Assembly (NCBI RefSeq): GCF_963553175.1
Contig: NZ_CAUVME010000009.1
Coordinates: 9,310-73,309, forward strand
Reading direction: 5' to 3'
Length of the DNA: 64,000 nucleotides
Origin: Oribacterium sinus
GTDB lineage: Bacteria; Bacillota; Clostridia; Lachnospirales; Lachnospiraceae
A model generated the notes under the pieces. It made no database searches, was not told where the DNA came from, and worked only from the letters and a program-made list of their open reading frames with translations. The position numbers were made by a program, and so were the translations under genes. Shown one piece after another: positions 10,032 through 20,175 of the stretch (positions are counted from its first letter, which is position 1; the number at the start of each line of letters is the position of its first letter).

Positions 10032-10904
10032 ATGGCAAAGCATGGTTTGGGAAGAGGGGTGGATACCCTTTTTGCCGGAAAGAAGGATGGACGGGAGAAG
10101 AAAGAGGAGCAGGCAATGGTGAAGCTTTCTCTGATTCAAGCCAATCCAAAGCAGCCCAGAAAACAATTTTCCCAGGAAGAGTTGGAGGAACTTTCTCAGA
10201 GCATTAAGCAATTCGGTGTTTTACAACCCTTACTGGTAAAAAAGGAAGGCCCTCTCTATGAAATCATTGCCGGAGAAAGAAGATTTCGGGCGGCAAAGAT
10301 GGCCGGTCTTACGGAAATCCCCGTTTTGATTCGGGACTATGATGAAAAGCTCAGCAAGGAAGTAGCCATCATTGAAAATATCCAAAGAGAAGACTTAAAT
10401 GCGGTGGAGGAAGCCATGGCTTACCAAAGCCTGCTGACGGAATATCATTTGAGTCAGGAGGAGCTGGCGGAAAGGGTGGCAAAGAAGCGTTCCACCATTG
10501 CCAACAGTCTTCGACTTTTAAAGCTTGAGGAAGAGATTTTAGAATATCTCCGTCAGAACCTTTTGTCCGAGGGACATGCCAGAGCACTGCTTTCCGTGGA
10601 AAATACAGAGAAAAGACTTTCTCTTGCCAAGGAATGTGTAGAGAAAAAATGGAGTGTCCGGGAAATGGAAAGACGGGCAAAGGAGGAAAAAGCTCCGACG
10701 GAAAAGCAGGAAAAGCCCAAGAATTTAAGCTCTCAGTGGAAAACCATTGTTCACGGCTTGGAAGAGAAAATGAAGGAACATCTGGGGACCAAGGTAAAAA
10801 TTACCGCCAAGAACGAGGATAAGGGCAAGGTAGAAATCGAATATTACTCAAAGGAAGATTTGGATAGAATCACCCGGATTTTAGAGGGAAGGGGAGAAGA
10901 ATAA
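10032..10904 (+). CDS. parB: Chromosome partitioning protein ParB/Spo0J
   Basis: GLGRG N-terminus, IAGERRFRA, IENIQREDL, HTH. Confidence 0.96.
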   Translation: MAKHGLGRGVDTLFAGKKDGREKKEEQAMVKLSLIQANPKQPRKQFSQEELEELSQSIKQFGVLQPLLVKKEGPLYEIIAGERRFRAAKMAGLTEIPVLIRDYDEKLSKEVAIIENIQREDLNAVEEAMAYQSLLTEYHLSQEELAERVAKKRSTIANSLRLLKLEEEILEYLRQNLLSEGHARALLSVENTEKRLSLAKECVEKKWSVREMERRAKEEKAPTEKQEKPKNLSSQWKTIVHGLEEKMKEHLGTKVKITAKNEDKGKVEIEYYSKEDLDRITRILEGRGEE

Positions 10905-11411
10905 ATGGAAGTATTGTTACAGCATGGTAAATTGGTCTTCGTACTGGTTTCCACATTGATTTCGCTCGTTTCTCTCTTTATCGCCCTGAAGGCGGAGGCT
11001 AAGTATAAAAAGCTTTATCGCCAGTATGATTACTTCATGCGGGGGAAGGATGCGGAAACTCTGGAGGATTATTTTATTGAGCTGCAGAGGCATGTGGAAA
11101 AGCTGGAAGACTTGGAAGAAGAACAGCGGGAAATGCTTAAGATTTTACATAAGAATATCAGACGTTCCTTCCAAAAATGGGGTATCATTCGCTATAATGC
11201 TTATGGCGGCATGGGAGGAAACCTCTCCTTTGCCTTGGCAATTTTGAATTATGATAACAGCGGCTTTATCTTTAACTCTGTTCATGCCAAAGAAGGAGGC
11301 TTCCTCTATATTAAAGAGGTGGAGGAAGGCAGCACTTCCGTTGAGCTTGGAGCCGAGGAAAAGCTGGCCTTGGAAGAGGCCTTAGGCTATAGGAAGAAGC
11401 CCCAGACTTAG
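10905..11411 (+). CDS. DUF4446-like membrane-anchored protein
   Basis: N-terminal TM, RYNAY...LSFALAIL motif; commonly follows parB in Clostridia. Confidence 0.75.
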   Translation: MEVLLQHGKLVFVLVSTLISLVSLFIALKAEAKYKKLYRQYDYFMRGKDAETLEDYFIELQRHVEKLEDLEEEQREMLKILHKNIRRSFQKWGIIRYNAYGGMGGNLSFALAILNYDNSGFIFNSVHAKEGGFLYIKEVEEGSTSVELGAEEKLALEEALGYRKKPQT

Positions 11412-11444
11412 GAAAAGAGCTAAATCAGGAAGAAGGGTTAAACT

Positions 11445-13937
11445 TTGTTAAATAGACTAGGCGAAAGTAAGCAGAAGTTTTGGAATAAAAGAAGAAGTAG
11501 GGCTTTGGTATTGGGCGGCATTTTTTTTGTCGCTCTGCTTTTTTATTTTTTCCATTCTTATCGTTCCATGGACCAAAACAATAGAATTTATGCCAATATG
11601 GGAAAAAGCAAATTGCCGGTGCTTCATGTATTTTCCTCCGGAAAAGAAATCAATCCCCTCTACGGCTATTTGCAAGAAATGGATGATGCCTTTGTGCGGG
11701 ACAGTTTAACCTTGCTTCCGGAAAATCGCCGGTGTGAATTGATTTTGGAAGAGGGAAAGTCCGCCCCAAAATCTGTGCATTATGATATTCGCTCCCTGGA
11801 TGGGGCAGAACTTTTGGAAAAGGACCAAGAGGGAAGCTTACAGGAGGAAGGGGGAAGGGTTCACATTATTCTTCCTATCCAAAACCTGATGAAGGAGGGA
11901 AAGGAGTATCTTCTTCGTCTTCGACTGGATCTGGGAGAAAGCAGCGTCTATTACTATACCCGTGTTTTACTGGGGAAGGAGGACATGGGACAGGAAGTTC
12001 TGAGCCTTGCGGAGGATTTTACCAGAAAGAGCTTTTCCAAGTCGGAGGCAAAGAGCCTTAGCACTTATCTGGAAAGTGACGATACCATGGATAACAGTTC
12101 TCTTGCCCATGTGAATCTGCATTCCTCCTTTCAGCAGATTACCTGGGGAGACAGCGGTATGGAAATGGATGGGGAGCTGGAGATTCGTTTGAAGGAGCTG
12201 GACGGTACCATGGCATTAGTGCAAATCCAGTACGCCTCAAGAGCTACGGATCAGGACGGAAATGTGCACCGTTTCTTCAATGAAGATAACTATGTGATGC
12301 GATATGATCCTCAAAGAATTTTCCTGATGGACTTTGACCGAAGAACCAAGGAACTTTTTGACGGACAGAATTATCGTTACAAGGATAAGAAGATTTTACT
12401 GGGTGTGGGGGAAAAGAGCGATATTGAGGCCCTGCAATCCGCTACCAAAAATTTCTATGCCTTTACCGATAAGAATACCCTTTACCGTGCCGATGGAGAA
12501 GGAAAGGGCAATATGAATCGAATTTTTTCCTATTCAGAGGGGGAGAAGTCGGCGGAGAAGGAGAGTTTTACCCACGGTATTCATATTTTGAGTGTGGACA
12601 CCAACGGGGATGTGGATTTTCTGGTATATGGCTATATTCGAAGGGGCCGACACGAGGGTTATACCGGCATTGTCTTTTATACCTATGACAATTCGGAAAA
12701 TACGGTGGTGGAGAATTTCTTCCTGCCCTTAAAGGCCAGCAAGGAAAAACTGGAGGAAAACATTCAAAATCTTTCCTACTATGCGGACAACCGGATGTTC
12801 TACATTTTCTTTGCCGGCAGTATCTATGGGGTGGATACCAACAGTTTCGAGGTTATTACGCTGTCTACCGGTCTTTCGGAAAATGATTTTGCTTCCAGCA
12901 GCAGTAAGCAATTTATTGCTTACGGAGAAAAGAACAATGACGGAGAATTGCACAGGGAAATTGCCTTTAGAAATCTCCACGGAGATAAGAATTTGAGCAT
13001 TTCCGAAGATGGAAAACGACTGAAGGTAATCGGCTTTCTGGGGGAGGATTTCCTCTACGGCTTACAGGATAGTGACAAGGATCAGATTTGGAATCCCCAG
13101 GGAGAAGTTCCGGTATCGGAGATTCGCATAGTTGGGGAAGACATGAAAACCAAGCTTTCCTATAAAAAGGATGGCCTGTATTTTGCAAATTTCAGTCTGG
13201 AAGGAAATCAGCTTCGATTTGATGAATACCAGCTGCAGGACGGGGAATATCAGTATGTGGGGAAGGACAGCCTGCTTTCCAACAAAGAAATCAAAGATGA
13301 AAGAAAGATTACCCTGGAATCCAAGGTTCTTGGAAATATTGGAAAACTGCAGTACCTTCCCATGGTAGGAAAGGCGGTTAGCCAGTTTAGCCTGCATTAC
13401 CCGGAAAAGTTCTCTATTGAAAAGGCAGGCTCTATCGAGCTTCCGGGAGATACCAAGGAAGAGAATATACTTTTCTCCGCCTATAGCCTTGGGCATTATC
13501 AGGGAGAGTTTTCCACTATGGAGGCGGCCTATAAGAAGATTTATGACCAGTTCGGTTATGTGGTGGATCAGAAGGAGCGGATTGTTTGGAACAGAACAGA
13601 CCGTCCCAATACTGCTAACCTGAAAATTCAGGAAGAAGATATCAGCAATTTCGTTTCCCAGATACCGGAACTTCGAAGGGCTATGGACTATGATAATGGC
13701 GTGCTTCTGAACCTCTATGGTATGGATCTGCATGCGGCCCTCTACTATGTGGGTAAGGGCTATCCTCTGATGATTCGTATGGAGGATCAGTGGGAGTTAA
13801 TCAGTGGCTACAACAACAGCTTTATCACCGTATACACCCTTGGGGGAAGCAGCATACCCAGAAATATCAGTAGAGAAGAAGCCATCGCCAGATATGAGAA
13901 GGTGCATAATGCCTTTTATGGGTATTTGAAGAAGTAG
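11445..13937 (+). CDS. Large membrane-anchored hypothetical protein (830 aa)
   Basis: Long ORF with a single N-terminal TM and a large beta-rich extracellular part; function not recognised. Confidence 0.8.
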   Translation: MLNRLGESKQKFWNKRRSRALVLGGIFFVALLFYFFHSYRSMDQNNRIYANMGKSKLPVLHVFSSGKEINPLYGYLQEMDDAFVRDSLTLLPENRRCELILEEGKSAPKSVHYDIRSLDGAELLEKDQEGSLQEEGGRVHIILPIQNLMKEGKEYLLRLRLDLGESSVYYYTRVLLGKEDMGQEVLSLAEDFTRKSFSKSEAKSLSTYLESDDTMDNSSLAHVNLHSSFQQITWGDSGMEMDGELEIRLKELDGTMALVQIQYASRATDQDGNVHRFFNEDNYVMRYDPQRIFLMDFDRRTKELFDGQNYRYKDKKILLGVGEKSDIEALQSATKNFYAFTDKNTLYRADGEGKGNMNRIFSYSEGEKSAEKESFTHGIHILSVDTNGDVDFLVYGYIRRGRHEGYTGIVFYTYDNSENTVVENFFLPLKASKEKLEENIQNLSYYADNRMFYIFFAGSIYGVDTNSFEVITLSTGLSENDFASSSSKQFIAYGEKNNDGELHREIAFRNLHGDKNLSISEDGKRLKVIGFLGEDFLYGLQDSDKDQIWNPQGEVPVSEIRIVGEDMKTKLSYKKDGLYFANFSLEGNQLRFDEYQLQDGEYQYVGKDSLLSNKEIKDERKITLESKVLGNIGKLQYLPMVGKAVSQFSLHYPEKFSIEKAGSIELPGDTKEENILFSAYSLGHYQGEFSTMEAAYKKIYDQFGYVVDQKERIVWNRTDRPNTANLKIQEEDISNFVSQIPELRRAMDYDNGVLLNLYGMDLHAALYYVGKGYPLMIRMEDQWELISGYNNSFITVYTLGGSSIPRNISREEAIARYEKVHNAFYGYLKK

Positions 13938-13974
13938 ATATAAAAGGGGTGTAAAAAGCAAAAAGATTTTCTAA

Positions 13975-14290
13975 GCAATATAGGTCTGAATGGGGGTATG
14001 CTCTCGCTAGCCTTGCTCTGCGTAGAGAAGGACTGCACTCGCCATAAGAAGACGCTCTGATACAGTGTGGGCTATAATTAGGGCACGCTCTCGCTAACCT
14101 CGCCTTCGCAGCGGTTCTAACTTCAAGCTTCGCTTTAGCTCGCTTTCAGTAAGAACCGGCGGGCTCAGATTGCCCTTATTATAGCCCCACACTGCATCAT
14201 TCGCTTCAATTATTGATTTTACAGTCCTCCACATCGCCGGCCTTTCACAAGTATTAGGCTCAGACTATCCCATATTCAGACCTATATTGC
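13975..14290. repeat. Palindromic repeat element, copy 1 (outer; contains copy 1b)
   Basis: Arms GCAATATAGGTCTGAAT (13975-13991) and ATTCAGACCTATATTGC (14274-14290); core variant GGGTATGCTCTCGCTAGCCT...AGGCTCAGACTATCCC. Confidence 0.8.
14058..14199 (+). repeat. Palindromic repeat element, copy 1b (nested inside copy 1)
   Basis: Arms CAGTGTGGGCTATAA and TTATAGCCCCACACTG; core GGGCACGCTCTCGCTAACCTCGCC...GGCGGGCTCAGATTGCCC. Confidence 0.85.
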
Positions 14291-14434
14291 CGAAAATGTC
14301 TTTACTCTTAACAAGTGGCGCAGGTGAAGCCTGAAACATCTTGTTTTGATTATTTACGTCTCCTTTTTTATCCTACCCATTCGAGACGGTTTTACGCTAT
14401 GAAATATAAAAGGCTTTGTGAAATAAAAAAAAGC

Positions 14435-14583
14435 GTATATGCATAATAGGTCTAAACCAGGGGGCAATCTGAGCCCGCCGGTACTTGCGAAAAACAAATG
14501 TAATGCGGTTTTTCGCTTAGTACCGCTGCGCAGGCGAAGTTAGCGAGAGCGTGCCCCGGGTTTAGACCTATTAATGCATATAC
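14435..14583 (-). repeat. Palindromic repeat element, copy 2
   Basis: Arms GTATATGCATAATAGGTCTAAACC and GGTTTAGACCTATTAATGCATATAC; core in reverse orientation GGCAATCTGAGCCCGCC...GGCGAAGTTAGCGAGAGCGTGCC. Confidence 0.85.
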
Positions 14584-14616
14584 AAAAGCTTGATTATTTT
14601 ACAACTCCTTTTTTAC

Positions 14617-15516
14617 TTACTCACAAAACCTGCAGAACACGGACTTTTGTTTTTCCCTCCACTCCGGATCCAAGTTATCACTGATTTCCGCAAACTCATC
14701 TAAGCTAAGGGTCTCTCCTCTCACATTTTCCGGATAGGAAAGGGCGGAAAGTACGCTTTTAATCACTTCCTTATCTAAAGAAAGGCCGGCAGACAGGGCA
14801 TTCACCAATGTCTTCCTTCTCTGCATAAAGGAAGCTTTAATGGTCTTAAAGAGATATTCCGGATTCTCACATTCCACAGGGGATTCCTTATAAACAGAGA
14901 GGTGAATCACCATGGAACTTACCTTGGGACGGGGAATAAAGCAGTGGGGAGGAACCTCCTGTACAATCTCCGGCTTACTGTAGTATTGCACTGCAAGAGA
15001 TAAAGCGCCGTAGTCCTTGGTACCGGGGCCGGCCTGCATTCTCTCCGCAACCTCCTTTTGTACCATTACGGTGATGGAGCTAAGAGGAAGCTTCTTTTCC
15101 AGTAAGGAGAGTAAAATGGGGGTGGTGATGTAGTAGGGAAGATTTGCCACTACCTTTACGGAATAAAAGTCAGGGTATTCCTTTAAAAGCTCCGTAAAGT
15201 CCACCTTCAAAACATCCTGATGCAGGAGGCGAAAATTCTCTTTACCGGCAAGGTTCTCCTCTAAAATAGGAATCAGCTTATCATCAATTTCAATGGCAAT
15301 CACCTGCCCTGCATGCTCGCAAAGGGCTTCTGTTAAGGTTCCGATTCCGGGACCAATCTCAATCACCAGATCCTCTTTCTGAATCTTGGCGTGAGAAATG
15401 ATATGATCCAAGACAGATGAATCAATTAAAAAATTTTGACCGAATTGCTTCTTAAACTGGAAGTTTGTCCTTTGCAATACGGCAATGGTCTCTTTGGAAT
15501 CCACAAGCTTAGCCAT
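14617..15516 (-). CDS. rsmA: 16S rRNA dimethyladenosine transferase RsmA/KsgA
   Basis: KQFGQNFLID, IEIGPGIG, VANLPYYIT; start at ATG 15516 after a GGGGG RBS. Confidence 0.96.
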   Translation of the reverse strand: MAKLVDSKETIAVLQRTNFQFKKQFGQNFLIDSSVLDHIISHAKIQKEDLVIEIGPGIGTLTEALCEHAGQVIAIEIDDKLIPILEENLAGKENFRLLHQDVLKVDFTELLKEYPDFYSVKVVANLPYYITTPILLSLLEKKLPLSSITVMVQKEVAERMQAGPGTKDYGALSLAVQYYSKPEIVQEVPPHCFIPRPKVSSMVIHLSVYKESPVECENPEYLFKTIKASFMQRRKTLVNALSAGLSLDKEVIKSVLSALSYPENVRGETLSLDEFAEISDNLDPEWREKQKSVFCRFCE

Positions 15517-15607
15517 CTTTATACCCCCTAATTTTTCTGTGTAAAATCTTGCCATATTTTCTCTTGGAAAGCAAGAAGAGAGACTATTCCTTTTTTCCGG
15601 AGAGAAA

Positions 15608-15642
15608 TTGACGAAGAATAGTATATATAATACAATGTATTA
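15608..15642 (+). promoter_or_regulatory. TA operon promoter with overlapping palindromic operator
   Basis: TTGACG (15608-15613), 17 bp, TACAAT (15631-15636); palindrome TAATACA-A-TGTATTA (15628-15642) covers the -10. Confidence 0.7.
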
Positions 15643-15662
15643 CAAATGAAAGGAGGGGTAGA

Positions 15663-15884
15663 ATGACGATCTCTTTAAGGTTAAATGAAGCGGACTCTAT
15701 GCTTTTTAAAAAATATGCGGAATTGCATGGGATTAGCGTATCGGAATTGCTTAGACGCTCAGTGATTGAACATATTGAAGAGGAGTATGATTTGCAGGCT
15801 TATGAGGAAGCCATAGCGGAATATCATGAAAATCCCATCACCTACTCCCTTGATGAGGTGGAGAAAGAGCTGGGCTTAGGATGA
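15663..15884 (+). CDS. Type II antitoxin (RHH, DUF6290/RelB-like)
   Basis: MTISLRL...ISVSELLR ribbon-helix-helix, acidic C-terminus; overlaps the toxin start (ATGA). Confidence 0.85.
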   Translation: MTISLRLNEADSMLFKKYAELHGISVSELLRRSVIEHIEEEYDLQAYEEAIAEYHENPITYSLDEVEKELGLG

Positions 15885-16156
15885 GTTTTAGGGTTGTATT
15901 TTCTGATAAAGCACTAAAGCAGATGAAAAAGCTGGACAAGTACACAGCTTCTCTTATTGTTGCCTGGCTGAGAAAGAACTTAGAAGGCTGTGAAGATCCC
16001 AGGAAACATGGAAAGGGCTTAACAGCTAATAGAAGTGGACAATGGAGATATAGAGTAGGGGATTATAGAATCATTGCGGAAATCCAGGAGGATAAAGTAA
16101 TTGTTCTGGTATTGGGAATAGGGCATAGGAGGGATATTTATCAAAATGATATCTAA
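15881..16156 (+). CDS. relE: Type II toxin, RelE/ParE family
   Basis: GKGL...WRYRVGDYRII...IGHRRDIY signature. Confidence 0.92.
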   Translation: MSFRVVFSDKALKQMKKLDKYTASLIVAWLRKNLEGCEDPRKHGKGLTANRSGQWRYRVGDYRIIAEIQEDKVIVLVLGIGHRRDIYQNDI

Positions 16157-16679
16157 GGAAAATAAATTGAGCCTAAGGCTACAGGATAGGGAATTTCCCT
16201 TTGAATATATTGACCATGACAGAGAGATTGCCCGGGGAATCATCTTTGATGAGGAGAAGAATTTCTATTTTGTGAGAATTCATAGGGATGATTCTTTCGG
16301 AAAGGCGACTCTGATTGAAACTTCCGGGGGCGGTGTAGAAAAGGGAGAGAATTTAGAGGACGCTATCAAAAGAGAGTTAAAGGAAGAACTGGGCGCCGAG
16401 GTGGAAATCCTTCGAGAGATAGGAATCGTCAGTGATTATTACAACCATGTACATCGGCATAACATTAACCATTATTTTTTGTGCAAAGTCCGTTCCTTTG
16501 GGGAAAAGAACTTGATGCCCTACGAAATCCGAGATTTTCGCATGGAAAGCTTGAAGCTAAGCTATGAAGAGGCCATAAGGGAATATGAAAAATGCAGTAA
16601 TACAAAGTTGGGAAGGCTGATTGCGCAAAGGGAAGTTCCGGTTTTGGAAGAGGTAAAGAAGATACTTTTAATGAATTAA
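16146..16679 (+). CDS. NUDIX hydrolase
   Basis: Nudix box GGGVEKGENLEDAIKRELKEELG. Confidence 0.92.
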   Translation: MISKENKLSLRLQDREFPFEYIDHDREIARGIIFDEEKNFYFVRIHRDDSFGKATLIETSGGGVEKGENLEDAIKRELKEELGAEVEILREIGIVSDYYNHVHRHNINHYFLCKVRSFGEKNLMPYEIRDFRMESLKLSYEEAIREYEKCSNTKLGRLIAQREVPVLEEVKKILLMN

Positions 16680-16819
16680 ACTTTTAAAATTGTAAAACAT
16701 TTGCTAAATAGAAAATATTCAAAAATATTAAAAAAAATATCTCCCTTAGACTACTTTCCCTTTCTTTTTCAATCCGTTATACTATAAAAGAAATATTGTG
16801 GCTATTTATGGAGGAATTT

Positions 16820-17821
16820 ATGTTTTCCTTGATTTCAAATGATATCGGAATCGACTTGGGAACATCCAGTATTCTGATTTATATAAAGGGTAGAGGGGTC
16901 GTACTGAAAGAGCCCTCTGTCATTGCGGTAAATAAAGAAAATGATGAAGTGGTAGCCTTTGGTGAGGATGCCCGTCTTATGCTGGGAAGAACCCCGGACA
17001 ATATTTCCGCTGTTCGCCCTCTTCGCCAAGGTGTGATTTCCAATTACACCAGAACAGAGCAGATGCTGAAGTACTTTATCAATAAGGCGGTGGGCAGAAG
17101 AACTTTAAGAAAGCCCAGAATCTGCGTTTGCATTCCCAGCGGAGCAACGGAGGTGGAGAAGAAGGCGGTGCAGGATGCAGCCAGCCATGCAGGAGCCAGA
17201 GAAGTAAGCATTATTGAGGAGCCTGTGGCAGCAGCAATCGGTGCAGGCATCGACATTTACAAGCCCCAGGGAAATATGATTATCGATATCGGTGGAGGAA
17301 CCTCCGACATTGCAGTAATTGCTTTAGGAGGCCCGGTGGTTTCCGAGTCCATTAAGGTGGCGGGAGATGACTTTGATGAAGCCATTCTTCGCTATATGAG
17401 AAAGAAGCATAATCTTCTGATTGGGGAAAGAACTGCTGAGGAAATGAAGATCAATATTGGTTGTGCCAGCAAGAGACCGGAGAATGTTACCATGGAGGTT
17501 CGGGGACGAAACTTGGTTACCGCCCTGCCAAAGACCGTAGTGGTAAGTTCAGATGAGCTTTTGGATGCTCTCTTAGAGCCGGCAAGCATGATTGTGAATG
17601 CGGTACATCATGTACTGGAAAGAACACCGCCGGAGCTTGCGGCGGACATCTATGAGCGTGGAATCGTGATGACCGGAGGGGGAGCCCTTCTTTACGGTTT
17701 AGACAAGCTGATGCAGGAAAAGACCGGAATCACCACCATGCTGGCGGAGGATCCTCTTACAGCGGTGGCTATCGGAACAGGAAAGTCCATTGATTTAAGC
17801 AACGATGATGATGACTTCTAG
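16820..17821 (+). CDS. mreB: Rod shape-determining actin homologue (MreB/Mbl)
   Basis: IGIDLGT, DIGGGTSD, GIVMTGGGALL; start at ATG 16820 after GGAGG. Confidence 0.93.
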   Translation: MFSLISNDIGIDLGTSSILIYIKGRGVVLKEPSVIAVNKENDEVVAFGEDARLMLGRTPDNISAVRPLRQGVISNYTRTEQMLKYFINKAVGRRTLRKPRICVCIPSGATEVEKKAVQDAASHAGAREVSIIEEPVAAAIGAGIDIYKPQGNMIIDIGGGTSDIAVIALGGPVVSESIKVAGDDFDEAILRYMRKKHNLLIGERTAEEMKINIGCASKRPENVTMEVRGRNLVTALPKTVVVSSDELLDALLEPASMIVNAVHHVLERTPPELAADIYERGIVMTGGGALLYGLDKLMQEKTGITTMLAEDPLTAVAIGTGKSIDLSNDDDDF

Positions 17822-20084
17822 TCTGGAAGAAATAGAAGGAAATGTATCCCATATCGTTTTTCGCAGCGAGGAAACGGGATACACTGTGTGTAGTATTACG
17901 GACAAGGGAGAAGAGTTCACTTTGGTGGGAAGCTTCTCCCATATTTCTGTGTCCGAAAAGATTAAGGCAAAGGGACGCTGGAAGGAACATCCGGTCTACG
18001 GAAAGCAGTTTAGCGTGGAGGAGTATCAGCTGGAAGTTCCGGACAGTCTTTTTGGCATTGAACAATATTTGGCTTCGGGAGCCATTAAGGGAATCGGGAA
18101 GGCCATTGCCGCCCGAATCGTGAAAAAATTCAAAGAAGACAGCCTACGGATTATGGAGGAGGAGCCGGAGCGTCTTGCGGAAATTCACGGCATTTCCATG
18201 CAAAAGGCCATGGATATTGCTACGAACCTTTCAGGGCAGCGGGAGCAGCAGGACATTTTACTCCTCCTACAGGGCTATGGCATCAGCCTGAATCTATCCT
18301 ATAAGATCTATCAGCATTTTCAGGGAGAGACGCTACGGGTTTTACAGGAAAATCCCTACCGTATTGCGGAGGAGCTGGAGGGAGTCGGCTTTAAGAAATG
18401 TGATGAGCTGGCAAAAAAGGTGGGAGTGGAGAAAGAATCCCCCTTCCGTATGCGAGCCGGCATCAACTATACCCTCTTACAGGGAGAGTGGCATGGACAT
18501 TGCTACCTTCCTTTTTCGATTTTAAAAAGAGAGGCGGAGCGGATTTTGGAGATGCCTCTGGAGGACTTGGAAGAGCAGCTTCTGGAGCTGCAGTTGCAGG
18601 GGAAGGTGAAGGTCAAGGGGGAAAATGTCTACTGGGCCAGTACCTATTATCGGGAAATGCGGGTGGCCTCCCGTCTTTTACAGTTAAATGTGGAAGAGGA
18701 AGAGGCTCATGTGGATTCCTGGGAAAAGGCCATTGATAAGCTTTTGGACAGGGAAAAAATCACCTTGGACCCTCTCCAAAGAAAGGCGGTAAGCCTGGCC
18801 GCATCCTCCGGGGTTTTGGTCATTACCGGAGGGCCGGGAACAGGAAAGACAACTACCATAAAAACCATCTTACAGCTCTTTACCGGACAGGGAAAAAGCA
18901 TTGCTTTGGCGGCACCCACCGGAAGAGCGGCGAAACGAATGGGGGAAGCTACGGATTACCCGGCGAAAACTCTCCACCGGCTCTTGGAATACATGGGCCG
19001 AGAGGATCAGGAGCAGGAGGATCGGGATTTTTCCCTGTTCCAAAGAAATGAAGAAAACCCTCTGGAATATGATGTGCTGATTGTGGATGAAATGAGTATG
19101 GTGGATCTGTATTTAATGGATGCCTTACTTCGTGCCGTTCCCGTGGGCTGCCGTTTGATTTTGGTGGGGGACAGTGAACAGCTTCCCTCTGTGGGAGCGG
19201 GAAATGTGTTAAAGGACATTATTGCCTCTCAATGCATGAAAACCATTTCCCTAAAGAAGATTTTTAGGCAGGCCATGGAGTCGGATATTGTGGTAAACGC
19301 CCACAAAATAAACCAAGGGATAGAGCCGGATCTTGGGAAGAAATCCAAGGACTTTTTCTTTATTCGGGGGCAGGAGCCGAAGCAGATTCTGGAAAATATC
19401 GCCATTTTGATGAAGGAAAAGCTCCCCAAATATCTTTCCACCGAACCTCTTTCCATTCAGGTAATGTCCCCGCAGAAGAAGGGACTTTTGGGGGTGGAAA
19501 ATCTGAACCGCTTTTTGCAGGAACGCTTGAACCCTCCCGGAAAGAACAAGCCGGAATATGAGGGAAGCGGCAACATTTTCCGGCTGGGAGATAAGGTTAT
19601 GCAAATTAAAAATGACTACCAGCTGGCCTGGGAAATTCCCGGAAACTTTAACCTGCCCATAGAAAGCGGAGAAGGAGTTTTTAACGGAGACATCGGAAAG
19701 ATAACGGAAATCAATGCCTACCAAAAGACGGTAACGGTGTTCTTCGAGGAAAAAAAGGTGGTTTATAGCTTTCAGGATTTGGAAAATCTGGAGCTGGCCT
19801 ATGCCATTACCATCCATAAGTCACAGGGATCGGAGTATCCGGCGGTGTTGCTTCCCATGTATCCCGGTCCGAAAATGCTGATGAGCAGAAATATTCTTTA
19901 CACCGCCATTACCCGGGCCAAGTCCTGTGTCTGCCTTTTGGGGCATCCCAAGGTCTTTCTGGAAATGCTTCACAACGAGCAGGAGTTAAAGCGCTACTCC
20001 GGCTTGGCGAAGCAATTACAGGATATCGGAGAAAGCTTTTCCGCCTCTTTTTCAATGGATAGCGGAAATCCATTTTTAGAATAG
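17805..20084 (+). CDS. recD2: ATP-dependent RecD-like DNA helicase (RecD2)
   Basis: HhH N-terminal region, GGPGTGKTT, VDEMSM, YAITIHKSQGSEY. Confidence 0.93.
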   Translation: MMMTSSLEEIEGNVSHIVFRSEETGYTVCSITDKGEEFTLVGSFSHISVSEKIKAKGRWKEHPVYGKQFSVEEYQLEVPDSLFGIEQYLASGAIKGIGKAIAARIVKKFKEDSLRIMEEEPERLAEIHGISMQKAMDIATNLSGQREQQDILLLLQGYGISLNLSYKIYQHFQGETLRVLQENPYRIAEELEGVGFKKCDELAKKVGVEKESPFRMRAGINYTLLQGEWHGHCYLPFSILKREAERILEMPLEDLEEQLLELQLQGKVKVKGENVYWASTYYREMRVASRLLQLNVEEEEAHVDSWEKAIDKLLDREKITLDPLQRKAVSLAASSGVLVITGGPGTGKTTTIKTILQLFTGQGKSIALAAPTGRAAKRMGEATDYPAKTLHRLLEYMGREDQEQEDRDFSLFQRNEENPLEYDVLIVDEMSMVDLYLMDALLRAVPVGCRLILVGDSEQLPSVGAGNVLKDIIASQCMKTISLKKIFRQAMESDIVVNAHKINQGIEPDLGKKSKDFFFIRGQEPKQILENIAILMKEKLPKYLSTEPLSIQVMSPQKKGLLGVENLNRFLQERLNPPGKNKPEYEGSGNIFRLGDKVMQIKNDYQLAWEIPGNFNLPIESGEGVFNGDIGKITEINAYQKTVTVFFEEKKVVYSFQDLENLELAYAITIHKSQGSEYPAVLLPMYPGPKMLMSRNILYTAITRAKSCVCLLGHPKVFLEMLHNEQELKRYSGLAKQLQDIGESFSASFSMDSGNPFLE

Positions 20085-20175
20085 GATATCATTCTACTTC
20101 CGAGGGCTGTGATTTCTCTTTCCTATAAGTTATTATCCCATAAGCTACTATCACAGCATAGGAATGGGGGACTGT

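Noticed and set aside
14435..14583. Hammerhead ribozyme reading of CTGAG...CGAAG in the repeat core
   Set aside because: It lacks the required CUGANGA and GAAA core and stem arrangement.
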